From the human T2T-CHM13v2.0 reference genome, Homo sapiens: 64,000 nt of DNA. The stretch lies in NCBI RefSeq assembly GCF_009914755.1, contig NC_060935.1, one strand, 5' to 3'. The position numbers were made by a program, and so were the translations under genes. Under the pieces are notes generated by a model. That model was not told the origin of the DNA. It did no database searches and saw only the letters and a program-made list of their open reading frames with translations. Positions 44,334 to 58,090 of this stretch are shown here, in pieces; the first letter of the stretch is position 1; every line of letters starts with the position of its first letter.

Positions 44334-44569
44334 GAGCCACTGCACTCCAGCCTGGGAGACAAAATAAGACCTCATTTCAAGAAAAAAAAAAGAAAAAAAA
44401 AGAAAAAGTTGTTGTTTTAAACCACTTTATTGGGTTGATGTGTTGCACAGAAATGCTTGACTTAAATACTAATTTTTATCTGAATATTTTGCTTATTAAA
44501 TTTCCTAAGAATGCTTCATCTCAGTAAATTATTAAGGTTTTTTTTTTTAAATATGAGATTCATTTAATG

Positions 44570-44850
44570 AGAGACAATGGACTTTGATATCAGTGAGAAC
44601 TGGTTTAAATACTTTATTTTTTATTAACTATATGACTTTAGGCCAGGTATTAAACTTCTGTAAATTCTTTCTTCAACTTGAAGTATAACTAAAAAAAAAA
44701 AAAAAAAAAAAAAATCCCTTAAATTTTAGTGCCCCCTCTTTAAGTAACATCTACTTCTTATGGTTGTTATGGGGATTAAGTGAATCAATGTGTAAAAAAA
44801 AAAAATAGTACAGTTTCTGGCTCACATTAGGTACTTAAAACATATCAGTT
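44570..44850 (+). mobile_element. MIR with internal A24 tract
   Basis: 'ctatatgactttaggccaggtattaaacttct...ggattaagtga'; poly-A at 44691-44714. Confidence 0.7.
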
Positions 44851-47549
44851 TCCTTCTCATTTACCACATCCACATTGTAGGCGAATTTTAATTTTTTCTT
44901 TCTCTTACTCTCAGTTATATATGTTCCCATCTTTTTATCTGTCAAAAGACAGAGAAAGGCAACTTTCAAACAAACAAACTAACTGACCAACTAATAAACA
45001 AATAAATTTCCTTGATGTTTGCCTGTTGTCAGGCCATCCATCCAAATTCTCTGTATGTCACAATGTGGCTTTTAAAACTCTTAGTGTGGATACCAATGAA
45101 TTCCGCTTGAATAAACCTTAGTTGCCAGTCTTTTTATAGACCAAGTGGCTCATGGAGGGAAAGGGGAGTGTGGCCACAAATTCCACCTCACAGCTCCCTC
45201 AACACTAATAGCTATTTAGTTTTGATTTCTCCCTCCCCTATCCCTCATTCAAGGCCTCACTAGCCATTGAAAATTTTCTCGGTAATTTGATAATCTGTCA
45301 GTGCTCCTACTAGTTTCTCTTTCCAATAATGTATTGTTCCTGTGTTCTCTGAAATTCCTCCCTTCGACAAACATTCTGCCATTGTACATATTTCACAACC
45401 CAGTGTAATTATCCATCTCTTTTAGGAAGCTTTCTAAATACAGTCCATCTCACAATAATACCTCCTTTATTTTAATTCAGAAAATTGATAATAGAGTTCC
45501 CAAATTACGTGGGTGCAATTAATAGTGCCTTGTGACTTGCTTTGTGTTTTCATGTTATTTTATAACTGTTCCGTGAATATTGTTATTTACTCAGCCAAAT
45601 TGAAAGCTTGAGAGCAAAGTCTAACATTTACCAAATATGTGATATAGAGTAAGTTACTTAACTTCTTAAAACCTACAAAATGGGAGTTATAAAATCTTTC
45701 TTTCTAGATTTATCTCATTCAATTCAATGAGATAAGAAGGCCAAATATATAGTTTAGCACACAATTATGTTTAATATAAGTCAGCTAGTTTTTAAATGTG
45801 TCCAACAAATGCCTGTGAGGCAACAGATTGAAAGGTAGGATTGTTGACTCTACCATTGATCCATGCTCATAATGTAAATTATAAAATACTATTGCACAGC
45901 TCTAACCTGATATACTGTATATGTAAGGTAGGCAACTGCTATATAAATGATACATGGACATCCATTTTTTGGTTCAGTGATTATTTCTTTCAGGAAGGTC
46001 CTGATGAAGTCAAATTTCTTTTGGAGTTGTAACTTTCATCTATTAAAAACTGAATTCTGATTGTTTTGGTTCTAACACAGGAAATAAAATCACATGTGTG
46101 AGAATGAAGTTTGGCTCTTGGCAACAGGCCTAAAATAAAGATCTTGGGTAAATGAGGACAACATGAATACACTAAAACCATCAATGAACACTAGTGAAAG
46201 GTAGCAAACAGAAGCAATGTCAGAAGAGCAGGGAAAAAAGATGGGCTGAATAATGACTAAGGCCAAAGTTTACCTACTTTGAAATTTTTATAACATAAAG
46301 TAGTCTTGGGTTTGAAGAGACCTAACAATCATGTAGTCCAACCTCACACAGGTCATGATGGAGGACACATATTACTTATGTTGAAAGGAAATTATCCACA
46401 GCAAGAATACTTTGTGTGCTTGTCAAAGCCATTTTCCAGCTGTGTGGCGATATGCAACCTCTGCACATTTGTCCTTGTTTCAGCCTCTGGCATTGGTAGC
46501 ATCATATAAGAAAAAGAAAAACCAGAGTCTAGTGATTGAGAATATAAGCACATCATTGTCTTTTGTGACTCAATTTCATAGATTCTGCAGAACCAGAGTC
46601 ATCACTCAAAAGCAAAGTGGTTGGCTACCACCCGGTTTTGACTGTCCTTAGATAGATATAAAGTCAGCCAATAAATACTGAGTTTGAACAAGAATAAGTA
46701 CCTAGTCTTTATCTCTTCTCAGATACCTGTTCAACATCTAACAGGAGACAAATATATCCCTAGGGCCAAGTATTTAAGTTCTAGGAGCAAAGAACACAGT
46801 GTGGGTACCATGATGGATGATGAAGAAAGCAATGTCATCATGTGTGAATGACACAAGCTTCCATGAAAAGATCATCAGGGATCTGCTAACCACACAAAAC
46901 TTAGTTTATTAAGTTGACTGAACAAGGGAAAACAGAACATTTACCAGAGTACCCATAGTTCTCATGGGGAAAATTTAGGGAAAGGTACTGCTAGGTTTTT
47001 TGGTCGGGAGAAGGCAGACAAAGTGGTTTTAGAATAAAGTTAGTGAGCATGGTCTGGGCAGGTGTTGTTCAGAATCGATAAACAGGGAAATTAGTAGAAC
47101 AGGTAATAGTCTTTTCTCTGAAACACATGAGTTCAGACTGAGGGTATAGCCACTTATCTATGGTTTTATCTTGGAAAGTGTGGGTCTGAATAAGATGACA
47201 TTAAAACATTTTGAGCTTAAATAGTTTGTGTTGCATGCCATGGTTTAGTATAGTTTACACATTATGCAAATCATAGCACAGTTTGTTTTGTAAATTGTCA
47301 TTTCTACTGTAACTTCTCAGAATGTATGTTTTCGCCTCACTGCAGTGGTGACTTTCTAATAAAAAAGACTGTGAAAAATATTTTTGTATTTGAAGGGAAG
47401 ATTTCAAACTTTTACGTGAAAAAGCAATGCTGTTATTGTTTTACGCATTCCATCCAGGCAGCTTACTAAGGAAATACCAGGGAAAAACACATCGGATACA
47501 GACAGATTGAGGGTAGTTTTCATTTCTGGAATATATCAGATATATTTTC

Positions 47550-47847
<298 letters not shown>

Positions 47848-48639
47848 TCAGATACATTGTCATAAGAGATTTATTGCCAGGAACACCTAGCATTGTAAAT
47901 GATTCAGCCATAGTTTATCATTCTGTTTCTTAATAATGTCATCAATGGCTGGAAATGCTGGCCATCCTGAATCTAAGTATGGTACCATAAGCGTTCCAGA
48001 ATATGATAGAAGCAATGACATACACAGTGAGGAACAATATAAATAGGACTTTTTACTCCTGGTGCACTGGCAGGGAGAACTTGAAATATTTCAGAAAAGA
48101 GGTAAGATAGGAAGTGGATGTAACAAAGACACTGCTATACCAGGGAATCCCCTAATTCCCTAACAACAACAACAACAAAGCAGGAAACATAGAGATTTAG
48201 TTTGTGATTGAATCATTATAAACATCTCTGAGGAAGCTTGACTGCAAAAACATGTCCATAGCTTTATTATAATAATCATATTAAAGAAAAATAATTGACC
48301 AGTCTCCCTATTCAGAAACTGTTTCAGAAAGTAATTAAGGATATTTGGCCACAAGTGTTTGAATAAACATATTACTTGCTGGCTTCAAATACCAGTAAAA
48401 ACAAAGTATAGTATTTAGACAAAGCCCAACACAGAGGCAATTAGGATCATTTATGATTCCAAATCACAGCATATGCAAAAATCTATTACTGTAGTTTATT
48501 TCATGAAAAGTATAACTTACCACTATTTCATGAGAATAATTGTTTTTATTATTTTCTCTGTGGCCAAAGGAATTTGTTAAAAGTCAAATAATGACTCAGG
48601 TGCTCTTTACAGCTTACAATGAATTATATATTTATTCTT

Positions 48640-48832
48640 CTTTTTCTTTTCTTTCCTTCTTTTTTTTTTTTTTTTTTTTTTTTTTTGAGACAGGGTCTCA
48701 CTGTGTCACCCAGGCTGAAGTACAGTGGGATGATCATAGCTCACTGCAGGCTCAAACTCCTGGGCTCAAACGATCCTCTTGCCTCAGCCTCCAGAGTAGC
48801 TGGGACTACAGGTATGGGCCACCAGCCTTGCC
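48640..48832 (-). mobile_element. FRAM / AluJ right monomer
   Basis: Single monomer with long poly-T. Confidence 0.88.
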
Positions 48833-50139
48833 AGATTCTTATAAATCTGATCTTTACAATAACCCTATGAGCAGAAAGAATTACCTCCATTTTAATCAAA
48901 AATATTTTAATTTTAAGAAACTTAACTCATACTATTTAAGAAAAAAGGGAAAATAATTAGCTCATACAGCTAGGAAGTCCACCAGTGGCTATTGCTTCAG
49001 GCATGGACAGATCCAAGGACTTAGATATAACTCTCTTTCTTTCCCTTTACAGTGCTTTCTTTTGTGTTTTGGCTTCATGTTTATTCTTCCTTGGCCACTG
49101 AAGCAGCCATTAGCCTATCTTACAGCTTCCCTCAAAAAGTTAGAAAATCCCTTTTCTCTGACATGCTCATATCAAATCTCATAATATGTCTCTGAATGGC
49201 CTTGCTCAGATTAGTTTCTTATCTCTGAAAAGTCTCTATGGCTAAAGGGATGAAGCACTTTGATTGTCCCCCCTGAGCCATGTGGTTATACCTGTAGTTG
49301 GGTGATGGAGTGGTGATATTTCACAGTTGCACCATCACCACATGATGTAGGGAAAGATTAATTCTTCAAGTAAAGCAGCACTGAGCAAAGTATGTCCAAT
49401 ACATCTTTCATTGTGCAAATGAGAATACCTTAGCCCAGAAAAATTAAGAAAACTAATGATGAAGACTAGATACCTTTGGCATCAAGTTTAACTTCCTTTA
49501 GTCAGGTAATAATGTTTATCATGATGTAACTCTAGATTATCTCTAAGTTCACCTACTATACTCTCTTAAATACACTCCTCAAACAATAAATGTATTTTGG
49601 CTTTTCAGACCCCATAATTTCACTCGTCTTCAGATTTTCTACCTCTTTTCCACTGGAGTGTTCATACTTATCTCTCAATTTTAACTTTTATGTCTCTATA
49701 CCTTTCCTCCCTTATGCGGAGAAAACTAATCTAAAATGAAAGAATAGATACAAGGTATCAAAATAATCCTGGCTGTATTTGAATCCCTAAGGCCAGGTCT
49801 TTCTAAAGACAGCCACACTCCTATCCTTCCTGTAGCTTGGTTGTTTAATATTTATTTGTATTCCATTAGTCAATAAAGTGATTTTCTTCTTTTGAATAAA
49901 TCAGTGACAGCTGGCTTTTTGTCACTTAGAACTCAACTATGACTGATGGTTGCTGAACTATTATAGCTTCTAGCAGATAGAGTATGAGAGAGAGAGAGTC
50001 CTTGAAGATAGCGACTATGTGTTTTTTCTGTCTGTAATCCTATCAGCCACAGGCATTCAATATACCTAAGTCAAGCCATATATGGTCATGATTATTTGTT
50101 GGACACACACTAAGCATGTGGGACTGCGTTTATCATTAG

Positions 50140-50585
50140 GGAGATACCATGGCTGTCCTTATTTACTTCTTCAATCTCATCTCATAGCAACTTTAGTCTT
50201 TCTTCTTCAGACACATTGCTAACTTCCATCTATGGAATTTGCAGAGGCTGGACTATTCTGTCTGACCTTTCTGCCTCTTAACTTGAGAAATCACCTCACT
50301 CCTTTAGGGAAGCCTTTCCTTACCTTCCTGACTTGATCAGGTCTCCCATACACAGTTTCTCAGAGGACCATGCACCTGGTATCTTTAAATAACATTGGTT
50401 AGAACTACACTTTGACATTTATTTTGTTGATTATTTGCTTAATTTCTGTTTCCTCCAGTAGTTTAAAAGCTTAAAGAGTATAAAACTTCTGTTTATTTTC
50501 ACATGCCATTACATCTCCAATGTCTAATAAAAATGCTTGGAACAGTAGAAGTCCAATATATATTGCTGGATGTTATGAATAAGAT
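50140..50585 (+). mobile_element. L2 3' fragment
   Basis: 'agggaagcctttccttacc', ends '...tatattgctggatgttatgaat'. Confidence 0.6.
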
Positions 50586-51424
50586 TGGATCCTACTTTAA
50601 AGAGCTTATAATCAAGTTAGGAAGTTGAGCTATACATATTTTTAAATGCCAGCTTTGAGTCCTCCATTTTTATTTGCTAAATATGGAAACTATAGATGAG
50701 TCACAGAAACACTTAGAGGAAGTTTTATGAAGGAGACGGTACAAGAACTAAATGTTTTTGAAAAGTTATCAACAAGTGTGTTAATCTTCTTTTGTTGCAA
50801 TAATAAATGTTCCTATTATCTCAGTGTTTTATAAGAGCAAACATTTATTTCTTACTCATATTACATGAAGGCTACGATATGGCTGTAGCTCCAATGAGTT
50901 CAATGATGCTTGGCTAGACTTGGCTCAGTTCAGCTCCACTTGTTTTCTCACTCTGGAATGCAGGCAAGAGGAATAACCAATATCTGGGATATATACAGAC
51001 AAAGTGAAATTATTATTACAGTCAAGCAAATTGACATATCCATCACACTCCATAGATAGCTTTTTTGTTGTTTTTTGCTATTTATTTGCTTACGTCTTAC
51101 TGATTGATTGATTTGTGGATAGGAATGTAGCTGTCTTTAGAAAGACCTGGCCTTAGGGATTCAAATACTGCCAGGATTATTTTGATCCCTTGTATCTGTT
51201 CTTTCATTTTAGATTAGTTTTCTCCCCATAAGGGAGGAAAGGCATAGAGACATAGAGGCATAGAGACCTAAAATATATTCTCTGTTTTAATGGTGGTTCT
51301 AATGGGGCTAAGCTACATCATGCACACAAACTCTTCTCAATTCCATTAGTCAAGACAAGTCATGTGGCAAGTCAATAGGAAAGGAAACACACTCATCTAC
51401 CATACAAAAGGCATTCATGAACTT

Positions 51425-53133
51425 CTTTTTTTTTTCCCTCAAAATTATTTTGGTTATTTGCTATCTTTCTTAGTTCCATTTACATTTTATGATTTTTTTT
51501 CCTATTTCTTTGAAGAATATCAGTGGTATTTTAATAGAAATTTCGTTTAATCTGTAGATCGATTTTGGTAGTATGGTCATTTTCACAATATTATTTCTTT
51601 CAATCCACAAGATATCTTCCATTTTTTATGATCTCTTCAATTTCTTTCATCAGCATTTTATGGTTTTTCATATAAAGGTCTTTCACCGACTTAGTTAAAT
51701 TTATTTCTAGGTGTAAATATACCTAGAAATAAATATACCTAGAAATATTTATACCTAGAATAATAAATAAATAGAAGCTATTATTTTGTAGCTTCTATAA
51801 ATAGAATTCCTTTCTTAATTTCTTTTTCTGCTTCTTTGTGGTTGGTATATTACCAATTTTGTATGTTAATTTTGTATCCTGCAACTTTACTGAGTTTGTT
51901 TATTAGTTCTAAAAGTTTTTTTGGTGGGGCTTTTAGGATTTTCAATATAAAAGTATTGTGTTTTCTGCAAAAAGGGATAATCTGACTTCCTCCTTTCCAG
52001 TTTGGATGCTCATTATTTATTTCTCTTGACTAATTGTCCTGGCGAGGACTTCCAGTACTATGTTGAATAAGAGTGGTTAGAGTGAGCATTCTTGTCTTAT
52101 TCCAGTTCTTTGGTAAAAATCTTTCAGCTTTTCCCCATTTGGTATAATACTAGCCACTGGTTTGCTATATGTGGCTTTTACTATATTGAGGCACACTCCT
52201 TCTATACCTAGTTTGTTGAGGGTTTTTATCATGAAGTGATGTTGAATTTTTTCAAATGCTTTTTTGCGTCTATTGAGATGATCAGCTAGACCTCTTATGT
52301 CTCACTGTACATAAAAATAAAATCAAGATGAATTACAGACTTGATTTCAATGAAGACCTGATACTCTGAAACTACTAGAAGGAAATATTGGGGAAACACT
52401 TCATGTCATTGACCTGGGCAAAAGTTTTTTAGAAAAGTCTTCAAAAGCACAGGCAACAAAAACAAAAATAGACAAATAGACAAATGCTATTACATTAAGC
52501 TGAAAAGCTTCTGTGCAAGAAAAAAGAAAACAATCAACAGAGTGAAGAAACAACCTATAGAATGGAAGAAAATACTTGCAAACGATCCATCCAACAAGGG
52601 ATTAATAACAAAAATATATAAGGAACTCCAACACTCAATAGCAAAAAAAAAAAAAAAAAAATCCAATTACAAAATTAGTAAATAATCCGAGTAGACATTT
52701 CTCAAAAGAAGACACACATATAGCCAACTGGCATATGAAAAAATACTCAACCTCACTAATCATTAGGAAAATGCAAATGAAACACACAATAAGATATCAT
52801 TTACTGCAGTTAAAATGGCTATTAACAAAAAGAGAAAAAAATAACAAATGCTGATGAGGATGTGGAGAAAGGGGAACTCCAGTATCCTACCAGTGGAAAT
52901 GTAAATTAGTACAGCCACTATAGAAAACGGTATGGAGGTTCCTCAGAAAACTAATATAAATCTACCATGTGACCCAGTAATCTCACTGCTGGGTATATAA
53001 ATACAAACAAAAGGAAATTAGTATATTGAGGAGAAATCTGCATGCCGATGTTGGTTGAGCACTATTCATAATAACAAAGATGTGGAATCAGCCTAAGTGT
53101 CTACCAATGCATAAACAAATTATCTTTAAATGT

Positions 53134-53179
<46 letters not shown>

Positions 53180-53513
53180 CACACATATATATATATACAC
53201 ACACACACATATATATATATAGAGAGAGAGAGAAGGGAAAACAAGAGAGGTTGGTTAAAGCAAAACAGAAGAAATGAATTCTAGTGTTCGATAGCACACT
53301 AGGGTAAATAACTACAGTTAACAATCACTTATTGTATATTTAAAAATAGCTAGAAAAGAAGATTTTATATGTTTCCAACACTAAGAAGTAATCAATGTTT
53401 GAGGTATGAATATTCTAATTACCCTGATTTAAGCATTACACATGCTATGCATGTATCAAAATAGCACATGCACCCTATAAACATGTACAATTATTATGTA
53501 TCAATTAACAAAA
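51425..53513 (+). mobile_element. L1MA-type element with inverted 5' segment (antisense 51425-52285, sense 52286-53513)
   Basis: Antisense ORF2 up to 'tattgagatgatc', then sense 'ctagacc...' through the L1MA 3' end 'ttatgtatcaattaa'. Confidence 0.88.
53137..53232. repeat. Compound microsatellite (TA)n(CA)n(TA)n(GA)n
   Basis: Directly visible. Confidence 0.98.
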
Positions 53514-53619
53514 GATCATGGAAAGGGGAATTATAAACAGTAACAAGGACAAAAATACAAATGCAAGAATATTCTTGTTAAAAACATTTTTGGGGACTTC
53601 AACTTATTTTTGATTAAAC

Positions 53620-54345
53620 TTTCTATTCCATAGTTTATTGAGATATCCTTAGATTTTACCCATTGTCTGTTCCCCATGACCAGGATCTTATCTAGGATAT
53701 CATATATTTAGTCATTATGTCTCCTTAGGCTCCTTTAGGTTATGACAATTTTTTCAGATTTTTCTTATTTTTGATGACCTTGTTTTTTAAGTTATTTTTC
53801 TTGTGTAACAAAGCTGCACTTGTACCCCTGAACTTAAACATAAAAGTTAAAATAAATAAGTAAAACTTTTTTTTCTTGTTTTTTTCTTATTTTTGATAAC
53901 CTTGACTGTTTGGTGATATACTCGTCAGGTATTTGTATAATGTCCCTCAACTGAGGTTTTACTGATTTTTAAAAAAGTCATAATTAGAATAAAATTATGG
54001 TATTTTGGAAGAATGACCAAAGGCATGAAGTGCCATTTTCATCACAGTATATCAAGGATACACATGATCAAGATGACTAATAACCGTTTATCTTTACCTT
54101 AATCTCTTCACTGAAATACTGTTTGTCATACTATTATAAAGTTAATCTTTTCCACCTCTTTCCATACTGTGCTCCCTGAGAAAATGTCACTATGAACAGT
54201 CCACACTTAAGATGACAGTTATTCTCTACCTTTTTAAGGGTGGAATACCTACATAAATTATTTAGAATTCTTCTGCAGGGGAGAGTTGTCTACTCTCCAT
54301 CATTAATTTGTTTTTTAAATAATTTGTGTCAATATGGACTCTGTT
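53620..54345 (-). mobile_element. L1MC/L1MD 3'UTR fragment
   Basis: 'tttagtcattatgtctccttaggctcc...tttttgatgaccttg', 'gaagtgccattttcatcac'. Confidence 0.75.
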
Positions 54346-54564
54346 TTTTAAATAAAATGTTTTATGAAGTTAAACTCTCAAATTTGGTGCCAACTCAGAT
54401 TATTTAGAATCAAAATACAAGGAAATAAATAAACACATATATACTTACATGCATGCAGAACATAAAGTTTCTAAATATGCTAAGCTCTTGTTTTATTTTC
54501 CTATATGTTTGTAAGGAAGGCTTGTCTAGTAGCAGATGAGCCTTTCTCCCCCACATATTGCTAC

Positions 54565-56200
54565 TTTATTTTTTAATAAAAATTGTATACAGTCATGGTG
54601 TGTGTATATATATATATACATATATGTGTGTGTATATATATATATGATTTTTACAGTCAAGTAATGTACATATTAATGTCTTCACATAGTTGCCTTTTTG
54701 TGTGTTGTGTTGTTAGGGCACCTGAAATCTACTCTCAGCAAATTTCCAGTATATAATACAGTATTATTAACTTCAGCCATCATGCTGTACATTAGATTTC
54801 TAGACTTATTCAGTCTTTGACCAGAATATTCCCATTTCCCCCACCTCCTCGGCCCTGGTGTAACCACTTTACCCTGCTTCTATTTACTCATTTTTTAGAT
54901 TCCACAGGTACATGAGATGGTGCAGTATTTTTCTTTCTGTGTCTGGCTTATTTCAATTGGCATAATGTCCTCCAGGTTTATCCATGTTGTCATAAATAAC
55001 AAGATCACCCTTCTTTGAAGGCTTAATAACATTTGTGTGTATGTGTGTATTTATATGTATATATACCACAATTTCTTTATCCATTAATCATCAGTGGACA
55101 CTTTAGTTGCTTCCATGTCTTGGCCATTGTGAGTAATACTGGAATGAATGTGGGAGTGCACATATTTCTTTGACATACTGAGTTCATAAGCTTTGGGCAT
55201 ATGCCCAGATGGATCCTATGGTAGGTCTACTTACGATGTTTTAAGGAACATACATACTGTTGTTCATGGTGACTATACCAATTTACATTCCCACCAGCAG
55301 TATACAAGGGTTGCCTTTTCTCCACATCCTTGCCAATACTAATCTTTTTGATAATAACTATCTTAACAACTGTAAGGTGACCTCACTGTGTTTTGTTTTG
55401 CACTTCCCTAATGATTTGTGATGTTGAGTGCTTTTTCATATACCTGTTATTTATATGCCTTTTTTGGAAAATGTCTATTCAGGTCATTTGCCCACTTTTA
55501 AATCAGGTGTGTTTTTTTGTTTGGTTTTGTTTGTTTGCATGTTTGTTTTTTGCCATTGTATGAGTTTCTTATATTTTCTGATATTAATCCATTATAAAAT
55601 ACATAGTTTGCAAATGTTTTTTCCTAGTCAATAAGTTGTCTTTTTTTGTTGACTGTTTCCTTTACTATACAGAAACTTTTTAGTTTGATGTCCCTCTTGC
55701 TTATTTTTGCTTTTATTGCCTGAGATCTTGCTGCCATATCAAATAAATCACTGGCAAGGCCAATGTCACGGAGTTTTTTTTCCTATATTTTCTTCTAGGA
55801 ATTTTATAGTTTCAAGTCTTATGTTTAAGCCTTTAATCCACTTTGAGTAGTTTTTAGGTTTAGTGTTAGATAAGGATTCAATTTTATCCTTTTACAAGTG
55901 GGTATCTAATTTTCCCGACACCATTTATTGAAGTGACTATCCTTGTCTTATTTTGTTTTTCTTGTGACTTTGTGAAAAATTAGTTAACTGTTTGTGCTTG
56001 GGTTGATATTCAGGCTTTCTAGTATGTTTCATTGGTCTATGTGTCTGTTTTTATGCCCATACCATACTGTTTTGATCACTATAGCTTTGTAGTATAATTC
56101 TAAATCAAGAAGTATGATTTCATGTTTTTTCTTCTTTGTCAAAATTGCTTTGGCTATTCAGGTGCTTCTGTGGTTCCAAACAAATTTTAGAATTATCTTT
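54565..56200 (-). mobile_element. L1MA (MA6-8-like) 3' portion
   Basis: 'aaatctactctcagcaaatttccagtata...tgctgtacattagat' 3'UTR followed by antisense ORF2. Confidence 0.9.
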
Positions 56201-56772
56201 GCAATGGTGTATGAGCTTTGAACAGTGTGCTATTCGGATGGATAGGGAGAACTTAACTAATAATGACTTTTAAAAAGCAGGTGTATATTTTTACCCAATA
56301 GTGTTTATTCAGCTGCCAAATGTGGAAACGAATTGCCACTGTAGATTGATATTGACAGAAATAGCAATAAATAGGAAGGCCCAGCTCCCCTTCTTTTACC
56401 TCCTAATATTTCTCTAGTGCTGAAAAATAGGTCTCTGAAATACAATTTGTACAGTCCTAACCTAAGCATCACAAAGTTGAGTACAGGAATATGGATCTGG
56501 AGCCAAGGACCCATAGGTAAATGACTAGTACATCTTCCCCCCTGAGACCCTCTGTCCTCTCCAGGTCTGCCATATGGATGCCATCTATTTGCTTCCGTAT
56601 GGCAGACCTGATTGCATTTTTTGGGTTACATATCTTCCTCTTTCTTGAATTAGATACTCTTCTGGCATATATTTTTCTGTGGTTTAGGAGACTATTCTAA
56701 GGGCCGGATATTATTACTGGAACACCACTCTCCAAAGTCTTCTTCCTTCAGTGACTTCACATGACACTTTAA

Positions 56773-57219
<447 letters not shown>

Positions 57220-57296
57220 TAAAGAATAGAGAAATAAAGGAAAGATCATTTCTTCAAATGTCCAATAAATTGTCATATAGAAAAGGCATTAAAGCC

Positions 57297-57412
57297 TGTA
57301 TCAAAATATCACATGTTCCCCATAAGGATATATACATCTACTATGTACACCAAAAAATTGAGAATAATTTTTAAAAATAACAAATAAAAATGTGAATAGC
57401 TAAAAAGAAAAT
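57297..57412 (+). mobile_element. Short L1MA1/2-type 3' end
   Basis: 'tgtatcaaaatatcacatgttccccata...ctactatgtac'; perfect 16-bp TSD AAAAGGCATTAAAGCC. Confidence 0.88.
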
Positions 57413-57849
57413 AAAAGGCATTAAAGCCATTATCTTTTGCTCCACAGAGCTGAGATAGAACTGATAGATACAATTATGAGGTCAAATTTGCCATAACATA
57501 AAAATAAAACTTAAACAATTTACTCAATGCATTCTTTAAATAAATATTTATTAAACAACTATTAGATGTTAACTATTCTTCTTAAAGTGGGCATATAACA
57601 CTAAACAAGATGGAAAAGTTCCCTCCATATTGATTTTGTAAAGCAAGTTTATTTCAGAGACCATTAAGTGTTTTAAAGAGAATGAGCAGACTTCTATAAT
57701 AAAGTATATTGATGGAGAGGGCAGAAAGGTCATTCTAGAAATGAAAACTTCTAAAACTAGTAAGAATCACCTAATCAGATAATGAGCACTCTGCCACCAT
57801 AAACATTCATACTGTGTAGTATCATTGACTTTAATTCAGAACATCTATC

Positions 57850-58090
57850 TGCTCAGTGTTCTCCTAAGTGCTTCACAATTCATTTAATCTTCAAAAACAA
57901 GATAAAACAATACAAATTTAAGAAAAACTATCTTGTGGATACAACTATGGTTCCAATTTTACACATGAAAAAATAAAAGAGTAGAAAAGTTAATGAACTC
58001 ATCCAATGTTACAACCTGGGAAGCAAATGAGCCAAACTGAACTCACATGGTCAGATTCCAGAGCAAGTGCTCTTTATCATGATACTCAGA
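57850..58090 (-). mobile_element. MIR
   Basis: 'tcatttaatcttca...ccaattttacacatga...gattccagagc'. Confidence 0.6.

Larger units (their letters stand above)
43468..44403 (+). mobile_element. AluJ split by MER41 (43468-43715 and 44334-44403)
   Basis: Alu sequence resumes 'gccactgcactccagcctggg'; TSD AAAAGTTGTT on both sides. Confidence 0.93.
43003..44469 (+). mobile_element. MLT1G/H-like MaLR LTR, split by AluJ+MER41
   Basis: 'ccagagaatatggcag...catgctgtgagaag'; resumes 'ttgttgttttaaaccact' after 44404. Confidence 0.75.

Noticed and set aside
44691-44714. A24 tract as the tail of a processed pseudogene
   Set aside because: No upstream mRNA-like body or TSD; it lies at an A-rich position within a MIR
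46860-47330. Possible old ERV LTR
   Set aside because: LTR-like composition, but I cannot assign a family or termini with confidence
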